Below are positions 40,167-49,657 of a stretch of 64,000 bases of DNA, in pieces. The stretch's first letter is position 1. Every line of letters starts with the position of its first letter. The notes under the pieces were generated by a model. That model was not told the origin of the DNA, did not search any database, and saw nothing but the letters and a program-made list of their open reading frames with translations. The translations under genes were made by a program, and so were the position numbers. Source of the stretch: a bacterium (lineage in GTDB: Bacteria > DRYD01); the NCBI GenBank assembly GCA_039630415.1, contig JBCNVB010000003.1, positions 52,962 through 116,961 of the forward strand, given 5' to 3'.

Positions 40167-41514
40167 ACAAAAATATTACGAAATAGCTTCTAAACGACTT
40201 ATTCCACATTTCGCAATGTGGAAAGAAATCGAAAAATATGGACCAAGAATCATATCCAAAGGTAAAGGAGTTTATATATGGGACATCGACGGTAATAAAT
40301 ACATAGATGCAATGTCTATTCTATGGGTAGTCAACGTAGGTCACGGAAGAGAAGAAATTATTCAAGCTATGTATGAACAAATGCAAAAAATAAACTACGT
40401 TTCATTGTTTGGTGGATACCACCATGAAAAAGCACTAGAATTAGCAGATTTAATGTGTTCTATCCTGCCGGTTTACTCTGTCTTCTTTTCTAACAGCGGA
40501 GGTGAAGCTATAGAAACAGCTATAAAACTTTCAAGGCAGTACCACTACGTAACCGGTAACCCACAAAAATATAAAATTGTGGGTAGATGGCACTCTTACC
40601 ACGGGGTTACTTATGGCGCTTTGAGTGTATCCGGAATAAGACAAAACAGAAACTTCTTTGAACCTCTACTACCTGGTTTTATCCACTTTGATGTACCATA
40701 TTGCTATCGATGTCCTTTCTCCTTAGAGTATCCTTCTTGCAATTTAAGATGTGCTGATGATTTTGAAAAGTTGGTAGAAAAAGAGGGACCTAAAACTATA
40801 GCTGCGGTAATTGTTGAACCAGTAATGTCAGCTTTGGGATCAGTTTATGCACCAGACATAAAAGAATACTACCGCAGAATAAGAGAAGTATGTGATAAAA
40901 ATGATATTATCCTAATATTTGACGAAGTCAATAATGGATTTGGAAGAACGGGTAAGTTTTTTGCTTATGAGCATACGGGGGTTATCCCTGATATGTTTGT
41001 ATTTGGGAAAGGAATAACAAGTGGTTATGCTCCTTTAGGGGCTACAGCAGTTAGTCAAAAAATAAGTGAAGTTTTCAAGGAATGGATGTTTGTACATGGT
41101 TATACTTTTGGTGGGCATCCTGTTTCAAGCACCGCAGCTATTGAAAATATTAATATAATCCAAAGAGAAAAGCTTTACGAAAATGCCAATAATGTCGGTA
41201 CCTATTTAGGACAAAGATTGCAAGAGTTGAGAGAGTTTGATATTGTTGGGGATGTAAGAGGAATAGGTTTACATTGGTCTATAGAATACGTGGATGATAA
41301 AAAAACCAAAAAAACAATCCCTTCTAAGTTCTGGGTAGCTTCAAGAATAGAAAAAGAGTTATTAAAAAATGGGGTATACTTATCGAGGGCTTCGGTGGAT
41401 AGAACCTACATAGCTCCACCACTCATAATAACTAAAGATGAAATAGATTTTATAATAGAAGCTTTGAAAAAGTCGATATATGCCGTTCAAAAGGAATATA
41501 GGAGCGTTGTTTGA
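40159..41514 (+). CDS. class III PLP aminotransferase (omega-amino acid/BioA-like)
   Basis: SYHG.T.G, EP, FDEV..GFGRTG, PD....KG..SGY.P, HG.TF.GHP. Confidence 0.9.
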   Translation: MDKQKYYEIASKRLIPHFAMWKEIEKYGPRIISKGKGVYIWDIDGNKYIDAMSILWVVNVGHGREEIIQAMYEQMQKINYVSLFGGYHHEKALELADLMCSILPVYSVFFSNSGGEAIETAIKLSRQYHYVTGNPQKYKIVGRWHSYHGVTYGALSVSGIRQNRNFFEPLLPGFIHFDVPYCYRCPFSLEYPSCNLRCADDFEKLVEKEGPKTIAAVIVEPVMSALGSVYAPDIKEYYRRIREVCDKNDIILIFDEVNNGFGRTGKFFAYEHTGVIPDMFVFGKGITSGYAPLGATAVSQKISEVFKEWMFVHGYTFGGHPVSSTAAIENINIIQREKLYENANNVGTYLGQRLQELREFDIVGDVRGIGLHWSIEYVDDKKTKKTIPSKFWVASRIEKELLKNGVYLSRASVDRTYIAPPLIITKDEIDFIIEALKKSIYAVQKEYRSVV

Positions 41515-41560
41515 AGGGTAAGTAGTATTTGATGTAGAAGAAGATAAAGAGATAAGTTGT

Positions 41561-41632
41561 GCCGGTGTAGCTCAGCGGCAGAGCAGGTGATTTGTAATCA
41601 CCAGGTCAGGGGTTCAAATCCCCTCACCGGCT
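41561..41632 (+). tRNA. tRNA-Thr (TGT), CCA not encoded
   Basis: Acceptor GCCGGTG/CACCGGC, anticodon arm GGTGA-TTTGTAA-TCACC, T-loop TTCAAAT. Confidence 0.97.
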
Positions 41633-41642
41633 AATATACACA

Positions 41643-42743
41643 ATGTCTTCAAAAAATCTCCTAATATTCCATGAACTTCTCAAAGCTATGACAGAAAACA
41701 AAGCTTCAGATCTTTACTTAAAACCTTTTCAAGTACCAGTATTCAGAATAGAAGGGGAACTATACCCTATAAAAATTCAAGAACTAACACCTGAATTCAC
41801 AGAAGAAATCCTAACGTCTATTACAACAGTTTCTCAAAAGAAATCTTTTGAAGTATCTCCAGAGCTTAACATGATATACTCATTATCTGACGTAGCTGAT
41901 AGGTTCAGGATCAATTTCTACAAAAATAGGGGATATGTCTCAATGGTTGTTAGGAGAATAATATCAAATGTTCCTACCATAGAAGAACTTAATCTTCCTC
42001 CTATTTTGAAGAAACTGGTTTTGTACAAGAAAGGATTAATTATAGTCTGTGGACCAACAGGTATGGGTAAATCAACCACTCTAGCTGCAATGTTAGATTA
42101 TGTAAACCAAAACTACAAAAAACATATAGTAACGATCGAAGATCCAGTAGAGTACATATTAGAAGACAAAAAATCATATATATCTCAACGAGAGGTAGGG
42201 ATAGATACTAATAGTTTTGCAGAAGCATTAAAAAATGTTGTAAGGCAAACACCAGACATAATAATGGTGGGAGAAACCAGGGATAGTGTTACGGCTACTA
42301 GTATACTACAATTAGCTGAAACTGGACATTTGATCCTAACAACTCTACACTCTCCAAACACTGTCCAGGCAATAGTAAGAATCTTACAGTTTTTTGACCA
42401 ATCACAACATAGAGAAATTGTAGGTTACTTATCTTCTAACCTGATAGCTATAATTAGTCAGAAATTAATTACAAGAATAGATAAAAAAGGTAGAGTACCT
42501 GTAGTAGAGATACTGATGATGAATGCGAGGATGCAGGAACTATTAGATCAAATGGAATTCAAAAAAATGAAAGCTGAAATAGATATGTTTATTCCTGACG
42601 GTATGCAAACTTTTGATTACTCTCTAATAGAACTTTACAAACAAGGATTGATAAGCTTAGAAACAGCGATAGAACATGCAGAAGTACCTCATGATTTGCA
42701 ACTAAAAATAAGAACTATGGGGATAACACCAGGTAAAAGCTAA
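41643..42743 (+). CDS. PilT/PilU family type IV pilus retraction ATPase
   Basis: ASDL, RFR.N, GPTG.GKSTTLAAM, TIEDPVE, QREVG.DT, PD.I.VGE.RD, AETGHL..TTLH, GMQTFD. Confidence 0.92.
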   Translation: MSSKNLLIFHELLKAMTENKASDLYLKPFQVPVFRIEGELYPIKIQELTPEFTEEILTSITTVSQKKSFEVSPELNMIYSLSDVADRFRINFYKNRGYVSMVVRRIISNVPTIEELNLPPILKKLVLYKKGLIIVCGPTGMGKSTTLAAMLDYVNQNYKKHIVTIEDPVEYILEDKKSYISQREVGIDTNSFAEALKNVVRQTPDIIMVGETRDSVTATSILQLAETGHLILTTLHSPNTVQAIVRILQFFDQSQHREIVGYLSSNLIAIISQKLITRIDKKGRVPVVEILMMNARMQELLDQMEFKKMKAEIDMFIPDGMQTFDYSLIELYKQGLISLETAIEHAEVPHDLQLKIRTMGITPGKS

Positions 42744-42779
42744 AATTTAATGTATTAAAATAAATAGGAGGAGATAAAA

Positions 42780-42980
42780 ATGTCTAGAGTTTGTCAGCTA
42801 TCGGGTAAAAAAACAACTACGGGTTACAAAGTAAGCCACTCAAATAGACATACAAAAAGAACATGGAAAGTAAACCTTAGAAAAGTTAAAGTAGGCAATA
42901 AGGTAATCAGAGTATCGGCTAAGTATCTTAAGAAATACGGACTACTTCTCAAAGAAGGGAAAATAATTAAATTAAAATAA
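42780..42980 (+). CDS. rpmB: 50S ribosomal protein L28
   Basis: MSRVCQLSGK....G.KVSHSNR.TKR.W..NL. Confidence 0.95.
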   Translation: MSRVCQLSGKKTTTGYKVSHSNRHTKRTWKVNLRKVKVGNKVIRVSAKYLKKYGLLLKEGKIIKLK

Positions 42981-43004
42981 GCTCAAAGTAGGGAGTGAAA
43001 GAAA

Positions 43005-43304
43005 ATGTTCGCAATTATTGAACTAAAAGGTCATCAATACAAAGTACAGAATAACGAAATAATTGTAACTGAAAAAATAGATCAACAAGAAAATAGTGAA
43101 ATAGAGATCGACAAAGTTCTTCTATTTTACGATGGTAAAGAGTTAAAGGTAGGTAGACCATATTTGAACATGAAAATTAAGGGTAAGATTTTAGAGCACT
43201 TTAAAGGGCCAAAGATAGTGGATTTCAAATATACTCCAAAAAAGAGATATAGAAAGAAAAGAGGACACAGACAAAACTTAACCAAAGTTCAGATAATTTT
43301 TTAG
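43005..43304 (+). CDS. rplU: 50S ribosomal protein L21
   Basis: MFAII...G.QYKV, VG.PY, K.I..FKY..KK.YRK..GHRQ. Confidence 0.96.
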   Translation: MFAIIELKGHQYKVQNNEIIVTEKIDQQENSEIEIDKVLLFYDGKELKVGRPYLNMKIKGKILEHFKGPKIVDFKYTPKKRYRKKRGHRQNLTKVQIIF

Positions 43305-43335
43305 GGGGACAAAGTAAATGTGGGGGAAAGTATAA

Positions 43336-43412
43336 GGTGGGTGTAGCTCAGCGGTTAGAGCAGTGGACTGTGGATCCACGGGTCGGGGGTTCAAATCCCC
43401 TCACCCACCCCA
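43336..43412 (+). tRNA. tRNA-His (GTG) with G-1; CCA encoded
   Basis: G-1 plus GTGGGTG/CACCCAC-C-CCA; anticodon arm GTGGA-CTGTGGA-TCCAC. Confidence 0.97.
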
Positions 43413-43419
43413 ACCCCAA

Positions 43420-44745
43420 ATGACTATTAAAATATCCCAACTCCCAGGTCCAAATGTAACCGAACTCGCTAATCAAGAAAAAGAATTATTAGCTACTTCA
43501 ACCAAATGTTGGGATACACCAGGCGGTCCAATCCATGCCAAAGGAATATACTTCACAGATAAAGACGGCAATACTCTCATGGATTGGACCAACGGAATGG
43601 TTGTTATTCTAGGACATAACCACCCTCAATGGAATAACGCTATTATTGATCAAATCAACAAATTCGTATACTTTAACGGACCAGATTTCGTTTATGATGT
43701 TCAAAAACAAGCCGCAGAAATATTAACAAACATAGCACCAGGTAAATGGAAAAAGAAAGTTTTTTTCTGTAACTCTGGAACTGAAGCAAATGAAGCTGCT
43801 ATCAAAATCGCTAGAATATCGCAAAAAAGAAATCTTGTTTTGGGCTTTATAGGAGGTTTTCATGGCAGAACACAAGGATCGTTATCTGTTACTGCTAGTA
43901 AAGTGGTACAAAGAAAAAACTACACATCTTATCTGAATAACTCCTTTTCCATTCCCTATCCATATTGTTACAGATGCTGGTACAATATGACCTACCCTAG
44001 TTGTGAAATGTACTGTATAAAAATATTGGAAAGATATTTTCAGCACATTATACCTCCGGAAGATGTAGCTGCATTTATATTTGAACCTGTTCAAGGAGAG
44101 GGAGGATATGTAGTACCTCCTAAGGAATCCTTTAAGGTTTTGAAATCAATTTTAGACAAGTATGGGATTTTGATGATAGCTGACGAGGTTCAAACGGGTT
44201 TTGGAAAAAGTGGTTATATGTTTGCTAGTACTTATTTTGAGGTAGAGCCAGATATAATTTCTCTAGCTAAGGCAATAGCTAATGGACTACCTATGGGAGC
44301 AACAATTTTCAGATCAGAACTTGATTTCAAAGAACAAGGAATGCATTCTAACACTTTTGGAGGTAATGCTTTATCTTGTAGATCGCTAATAGAAACCTAT
44401 AGGATAATCCAGGAAGAAAATTTACTTGAGCATGTAAGAAAGATAGGAGATTATTTCAAAGAAAAGCTTGAAGAACTAAAAGAAAGTTCAAGATTTGTAG
44501 GTGATGTAAGAGTATTAGGTATGCTTATAGGAATTGAATTGGTCAAGGATAAGAAAACAAAGGAACCAGCAAAGGAAATAAGAGATTTTGTCATAAGAAG
44601 AGCTTATGAAAAAGGATTATTAATGCTTTCATGTGGGCAATCTGTAATAAGAATAACAGCTTCATACATAATAACTAAGCAAGAAGTTGATGAAGGAGTA
44701 AAGATAATAAAGGAAGCGCTGGAGGAGGCAGAAAAAATATTCTAA
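43420..44745 (+). CDS. class III PLP aminotransferase (4-aminobutyrate/acetylornithine-type)
   Basis: Start moved to ATG 43420 because the track start lies inside tRNA-His; NSGTEANEAA, FHGRT, EPVQGEGGY, DEVQTG.G, AKAIA.G.P. Confidence 0.9.
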   Translation: MTIKISQLPGPNVTELANQEKELLATSTKCWDTPGGPIHAKGIYFTDKDGNTLMDWTNGMVVILGHNHPQWNNAIIDQINKFVYFNGPDFVYDVQKQAAEILTNIAPGKWKKKVFFCNSGTEANEAAIKIARISQKRNLVLGFIGGFHGRTQGSLSVTASKVVQRKNYTSYLNNSFSIPYPYCYRCWYNMTYPSCEMYCIKILERYFQHIIPPEDVAAFIFEPVQGEGGYVVPPKESFKVLKSILDKYGILMIADEVQTGFGKSGYMFASTYFEVEPDIISLAKAIANGLPMGATIFRSELDFKEQGMHSNTFGGNALSCRSLIETYRIIQEENLLEHVRKIGDYFKEKLEELKESSRFVGDVRVLGMLIGIELVKDKKTKEPAKEIRDFVIRRAYEKGLLMLSCGQSVIRITASYIITKQEVDEGVKIIKEALEEAEKIF

Positions 44746-44763
44746 CTAAAATCATCTCTAAAA

Positions 44764-45251
44764 ATGTTAAAAAATTAGCCATCTTAATCTTAACGATACT
44801 CTTATCCACTACTATTACCCTGGCCCAAAACTTGATAAAAATAGAAAAATTCTTCCTGGAATACCCCTCCTATTACATAAAAGTTGAGTTATATAATCAG
44901 CACAAAACGGTAGTGCTATTAGATTCCAGAAACCAAAACAGAACAATATATATAGAATACATGAAGTCAACCGATATAAGAAAACACATCCAACAGAACT
45001 TGAAAGATCTTGAGGATATGTATGAGAAGAAGTATAAAGTAAGTACTAATAAAGTGAGTGAATACAAAAATAGAAAGCTTTATGTATTGGAGTATAATTT
45101 TACGCAGATAGATGGTGATTACAGAAGTTTGAAATATTTCTGGGAAGTAGGTGACGGTGAGTATTTATGTTTATACTGCTTATCTCCTATATCTGAGTTT
45201 GATCAAGTTTATCAGGATTTTGTAAAAATTTGGGAGTCGGTAAAGGAGTGA
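44764..45251 (+). CDS. exported hypothetical protein (PsbP/DcrB-like fold possible); start region appears frameshifted
   Basis: Frame of the 44832 ORF extends upstream as KKLAILILTILLSTTITLAQ (signal peptide), but ATG 44764 is out of frame by one A. Confidence 0.5.
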
Positions 45252-45258
45252 TAAAAAA

Positions 45259-46641
45259 GTGACCAACTACATAGATTTTAGTCAGGAAGATCAAACCGAA
45301 ATCAAAAGAGAAAAACTAGATTTGCCAGATCTTTCTGAATTAGAAGTTGTTAGATACTTTACAAATTTGAGCAGAATAAATTGGGCGATAGATGTTGGCT
45401 TTTATCCTTTGGGATCATGTACGATGAAGTATAATCCGAAAGTTAACGATTATATAGCTACTAAATTTTACAAACTCCATCCCTATCTAGATGAGGTGAG
45501 TCACATATTAGAGGTACTAAAGGAATTAGAGAAAAAGATAGCATATTTAGTTGGGTTAGACTATGTATCACTATTACCTGCGGCTGGTGCTCATGGAGAA
45601 TATACTTGTTTGCTAATAGCTAAAAAATACTTTGAAAGTATGGGTCAGAAAAGGGAGATAGTAATAGTTCCTGATAGTGCACACGGAACTAATCCTGCTT
45701 CCGCTTCAATGGCAGGGTTTAACGTCATAACTGTAAAAAGTAATTCTGAAGGACAGGTTGATATAGATGATCTTAAAAGTAAGCTCAGTTCTAATGTAGC
45801 GGTATTTATGATAACTAATCCAAATACTTTGGGAATATATGAGAAAAGAATAGAGGAGATAACTTTGTTATGTAAGAGTTGTGGAGCTTTAAACTACTAT
45901 GATGGAGCTAATTTTAATGCTATAGTTGGGAAATTAAGGCCTGGGGATATGGGTTTTGATATGGTACATTTAAATTTGCATAAGACGTTTTCGACACCTC
46001 ATGGTGGTGGTGGGCCAGGTGCTGGTCCTATCGCTGTAAGAAGTTTCCTTAAAGACTTTCTACCCATACCTATCATTAACCGTAAAAATGGTAAGTACTA
46101 TCTGGACTTTGATCTACCTAATAGTATTGGAATGATAAGGGATTTTTGGGGTAATTTTGGGGTACTCATAAGAGCGTTGGCTTACATAATGTCTTATGGT
46201 AATCAAATTAGTAAAGTGTCTGAATTTGCTGTTCTTAATGCTAACTATCTTAGGAATAAACTCAAAAAGTATTTTATTGATGTATTTAATCAGCCTTTTT
46301 GTGCTCATGAGTTTGTTTTGTCTGCCTCAAATTACAAGTCTAAGGGTATAAGAGCAATGGATATTGCGAAAAGAATGTTAGATTATAATGTTCATTCACC
46401 GACCACTTATTTTCCACTGATTGTTGAAGAGTGTTTGATGATAGAACCTACTGAAACTGAAAATCTTGAAACTTTAGAGTATTTTGAGCAAGTTGTTAGC
46501 AAAATAGTTGAGGAGATTGATACTAATCCAGAGCTAGTGAAGAATGCTCCGCATACGACGTTTGTTAAGAGAATAAATGAGGCTTTAGCATCTAGAGAAC
46601 CAAAACCTACGAATAAAACTGTAGTGGAAGCTAAGACATAG
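45259..46641 (+). CDS. gcvPB: glycine dehydrogenase (decarboxylating) subunit 2
   Basis: YPLGSCTMKYNP, AGAHGE, SAHGTNPASA, HLNLHKTFSTPHGGGGPG, IEPTETE. Confidence 0.95.
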   Translation: MTNYIDFSQEDQTEIKREKLDLPDLSELEVVRYFTNLSRINWAIDVGFYPLGSCTMKYNPKVNDYIATKFYKLHPYLDEVSHILEVLKELEKKIAYLVGLDYVSLLPAAGAHGEYTCLLIAKKYFESMGQKREIVIVPDSAHGTNPASASMAGFNVITVKSNSEGQVDIDDLKSKLSSNVAVFMITNPNTLGIYEKRIEEITLLCKSCGALNYYDGANFNAIVGKLRPGDMGFDMVHLNLHKTFSTPHGGGGPGAGPIAVRSFLKDFLPIPIINRKNGKYYLDFDLPNSIGMIRDFWGNFGVLIRALAYIMSYGNQISKVSEFAVLNANYLRNKLKKYFIDVFNQPFCAHEFVLSASNYKSKGIRAMDIAKRMLDYNVHSPTTYFPLIVEECLMIEPTETENLETLEYFEQVVSKIVEEIDTNPELVKNAPHTTFVKRINEALASREPKPTNKTVVEAKT

Positions 46642-46650
46642 CAAACATAA

Positions 46651-48123
46651 GTGATTTACCACCTGGCACTTTTTTTTGTTTCTTTTTTTATAACATTTTA
46701 CTGGGATTTTTTATTGAACGGGTTAGTATTTATAATTGCGAGTGTTAATCTGGTTTTAAGAATAAAACAAGTTAGGTTTAGGGATTTAGGTTTGTTTAGC
46801 GTTATATTGGCTTTAATATGTCTATTTTGGATGTGGTTTATAGAGGATTATGTAGGTTGGGGTTTTGCTTTATTGGCTATGGTTTGTTCTGTTTTGGTTT
46901 TGGGTGCTTTATTTTTCTTCAGTTTCTTGCCTTGGCTCTTATTTGATAAAATAAGAAACAAGTTGGGATTTGGTGTATTTTTTGCTTTTTATTTTGCTTT
47001 TTGGCAATATATTTTTTACAGTATGGATGATTTGGGACTAAGTTTTGTTCAGTTCTTTTTCACTCAAAGTGGAACTTTTGCTTTGTATCCCATATTTTTT
47101 AGTCCTTTTTGGGTTAATGTTATTATGGCTCTGATTGTTATGTTTATGGCTTTTGGGTTGAATTGTTGGAGGTCTAGGGTAATATTTTCTTTATTTTTTG
47201 TCATTATTAATCTTCTGATGTTTTGGGTATATGAAAAAGAGGCTAATAGGTGTTTATATGAATTGATTGGTAGGCTTAAGGAAAATAGGTTATTTATATT
47301 TGCTATTTCTACGGATGTTATTGCCTCTCCACCGGATTATAGGATAAGAAATGAGGAGCAAACTTTTCAAAAGATAAAAGAAGCTCTAAAAGTAGCTAAC
47401 CAAATATATGACTCATATTTTTTGTTTTTGCTACCTGAGGGGTCTATTAGTAAAGATCAAGCCAGTATATTTGATTTGAACAATCCTTCCTATAGTCCGT
47501 GTATATCTAAAATCAGAAAAGCTTTAAGTGAGATTTATCAAAAAAAGGAATTGAATCTAGCAATTCTTAGCAGAAGTTGGATTTTTTTTAATCCTTCCTC
47601 TGTTGATTACATTAATAAGGTTGTTTATAACAGTGTTTTAAGCGTTAAACTGGAACAGGTATGGAATGGCGGTATTAATGATTATCAGATTTACCATAAG
47701 GTTTTTTTGGTTCCATTTATAGAATTTACACCTGGGTTTTTTATGTCGGTTGCGAAATTCCTTTCCAAGTGGATAATTGTTTTTTCATACATTGATTACT
47801 CACCGGGAGTTGATAAATCGAAGAATTTTATTTGCAACAATGTTTCATTTAGACCTATGATATGTTTTGAGAGTTTTAAGAATTTGTATAACATAACTAG
47901 CTTTGACCAAGTTGATTTTATAGTTGTTTCATCAAATGATAGTTGGTTCAAGGGGAATTTAATGTATAATCTTCATAGAAAAAGTGTGAGGATGTTGTCT
48001 ATAGCAAAGAAGTTACCTGTAATTTTTGTAGTTAATGGTAATCCAAGTTGTTTATTTATGTTTTTTGATTTTACTGATGTTTTTAGAGGTTTTGATTTAT
48101 CAGGAAGGATAGTCATACTTTAA
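46651..48123 (+). CDS. lnt: apolipoprotein N-acyltransferase (divergent)
   Basis: Multiple TM helices then a nitrilase triad: LPEG, YHK..LVPF.E, ICFE, SND.WF. Confidence 0.8.
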   Translation: MIYHLALFFVSFFITFYWDFLLNGLVFIIASVNLVLRIKQVRFRDLGLFSVILALICLFWMWFIEDYVGWGFALLAMVCSVLVLGALFFFSFLPWLLFDKIRNKLGFGVFFAFYFAFWQYIFYSMDDLGLSFVQFFFTQSGTFALYPIFFSPFWVNVIMALIVMFMAFGLNCWRSRVIFSLFFVIINLLMFWVYEKEANRCLYELIGRLKENRLFIFAISTDVIASPPDYRIRNEEQTFQKIKEALKVANQIYDSYFLFLLPEGSISKDQASIFDLNNPSYSPCISKIRKALSEIYQKKELNLAILSRSWIFFNPSSVDYINKVVYNSVLSVKLEQVWNGGINDYQIYHKVFLVPFIEFTPGFFMSVAKFLSKWIIVFSYIDYSPGVDKSKNFICNNVSFRPMICFESFKNLYNITSFDQVDFIVVSSNDSWFKGNLMYNLHRKSVRMLSIAKKLPVIFVVNGNPSCLFMFFDFTDVFRGFDLSGRIVIL

Positions 48124-48136
48124 CATTTTTTTTACA
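48120..48136 (+). promoter_or_regulatory. candidate OmpR/PhoP-type direct-repeat box (TTAACA-N5-TTTACA)
   Basis: Hexamers 11 bp apart, ending about 77 nt upstream of the 48214 start. Confidence 0.35.
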
Positions 48137-48213
48137 AAAAATCGGTTTTTTTAAAGGTATAGTCATAAACTTTATATTACAACTAAATTAATCAAATAAA
48201 GGAGGTAAAATTT

Positions 48214-49653
48214 ATGATTAACAAAATAATAGGAAGCATTTATAATAAGCTTTGGTTGCATCCTACTAATCCATTCATAGATTTAGTTTCGGATCCTATT
48301 TATCCTTTACCACCATCTTACAAACCATATCCTATAGAGTATTTTCCAACTAGTGATAACTATGAAAAGCAAACCAAAGTTGAGGAAGAGGGTAAGAAGA
48401 AGAAGTGGTTAGTTATACACTATGGGGGGTCAGATAATGACCTTGCAAGATACATCTTTAGAGACTTGGATGAACTGGAAAAAGTAGGTTCTGACCACAA
48501 TACCCACATAGTTTCACTTTTGGATATGGGTAAGCAGTTTGGAATGCCTTTTGAAGGTGCCAGAGTTTTTTACGTTAAGCAAGATAATCAGAAAGATATC
48601 ATTAACTCTCCTGTTATAAAGAAATTTCGTCAAGTTGATACCTCTGATCCCAAATTTATGGCTACTTTAATAAAGGAAATTATACGTAGATTTCCTGCGG
48701 ATAATATTGCTTTGATAATAAGTAACCACGGTGTTGGATGGAAGGGAATAGTTACTGACGATAGTGCTGGTTCAAAATTCATGCATATAGATGAGTTAAG
48801 GGAAGCTTTGGGAGAAGTAGTTAAAAGTACGGGTAAAAAGATTGATGTTGTAGCGTTTGATGCTTGTTTAATGGCTATGGCTGAAGTAGGTTATGAACTG
48901 AAAGATGTTGCCAAATATATGGTTGCAAGTGAGGAAATAGAAGGTGGAAATGGTTATGAATATAGCGTACTCTTTAGTAAGGCTATGAAAAACTTACAAA
49001 GTGCTAATCTTGCCAAAATTAATATGGGACCCGAAGAATTTGCTAAATTAATCGTTCATGCAGCAAAGGAATACAGTAATGATATAAGAACCATATCCGC
49101 AGTTGATCTTGAAAAAGCTAATAATCTTGCCAAAGCTATGGATTCTTTTGCTAAAACCCTCATACCTAAATTTGATCACTATAAAGTAGCAACTATTATT
49201 GAACAAATTAAAAACTCGAATAATCAACAGAATTCAACCCAAACCCAGGATATACAAAAACTAAAGCAGGAAATTAAAGATTTGCTAAAGCTTCCTAACT
49301 TGCCTGAAAATCTTGATGATTTAATCTCTACTCTAGATTATAATGATGCTAAAAGAATAAAGGATAAGATACCTATGGTACAAAGCTTTCGAAGAGGGTT
49401 CAAAGATCTAAAGCATTTCATGAAGCTTATACAAGAAGATAATGAAATAAGCGAGGAGGTAAGAAAGAAGGCCTCTAAGGTAATGGAGACTATAGATGAG
49501 TATGTTATAGCTGAGTTTCATAATAGTTGGTTTCCTAATGCAAATGGTGTTAGTGTAGACTTATCATTGCTTGGTGATCCTGTTGAGCAGTATAAACAAA
49601 CTCTCATTGCAAAAGACACTAACTGGGATGAACTAATAGAAAAAATATCGTAA
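48214..49653 (+). CDS. clostripain-family (C11) cysteine peptidase
   Basis: W....Y...DNDL, E.E.VGS, NHG.GW (catalytic His), FDACLM (catalytic Cys), ASEE. Confidence 0.88.
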   Translation: MINKIIGSIYNKLWLHPTNPFIDLVSDPIYPLPPSYKPYPIEYFPTSDNYEKQTKVEEEGKKKKWLVIHYGGSDNDLARYIFRDLDELEKVGSDHNTHIVSLLDMGKQFGMPFEGARVFYVKQDNQKDIINSPVIKKFRQVDTSDPKFMATLIKEIIRRFPADNIALIISNHGVGWKGIVTDDSAGSKFMHIDELREALGEVVKSTGKKIDVVAFDACLMAMAEVGYELKDVAKYMVASEEIEGGNGYEYSVLFSKAMKNLQSANLAKINMGPEEFAKLIVHAAKEYSNDIRTISAVDLEKANNLAKAMDSFAKTLIPKFDHYKVATIIEQIKNSNNQQNSTQTQDIQKLKQEIKDLLKLPNLPENLDDLISTLDYNDAKRIKDKIPMVQSFRRGFKDLKHFMKLIQEDNEISEEVRKKASKVMETIDEYVIAEFHNSWFPNANGVSVDLSLLGDPVEQYKQTLIAKDTNWDELIEKIS

Positions 49654-49657
49654 ACTT

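Noticed and set aside
43363-43419. N-terminal extension of the aminotransferase in the ORF track
   Set aside because: It lies inside tRNA-His; ATG 43420 is the plausible start.
44000-47000. Replication origin or terminus suggested by an apparent shift to more G/T-rich plus-strand sequence
   Set aside because: Earlier minus-strand genes are also A/C-rich on their coding strand, so the bias tracks genes rather than replichore. No DnaA-box cluster or dif-like site was recognised, and skew could not be computed.
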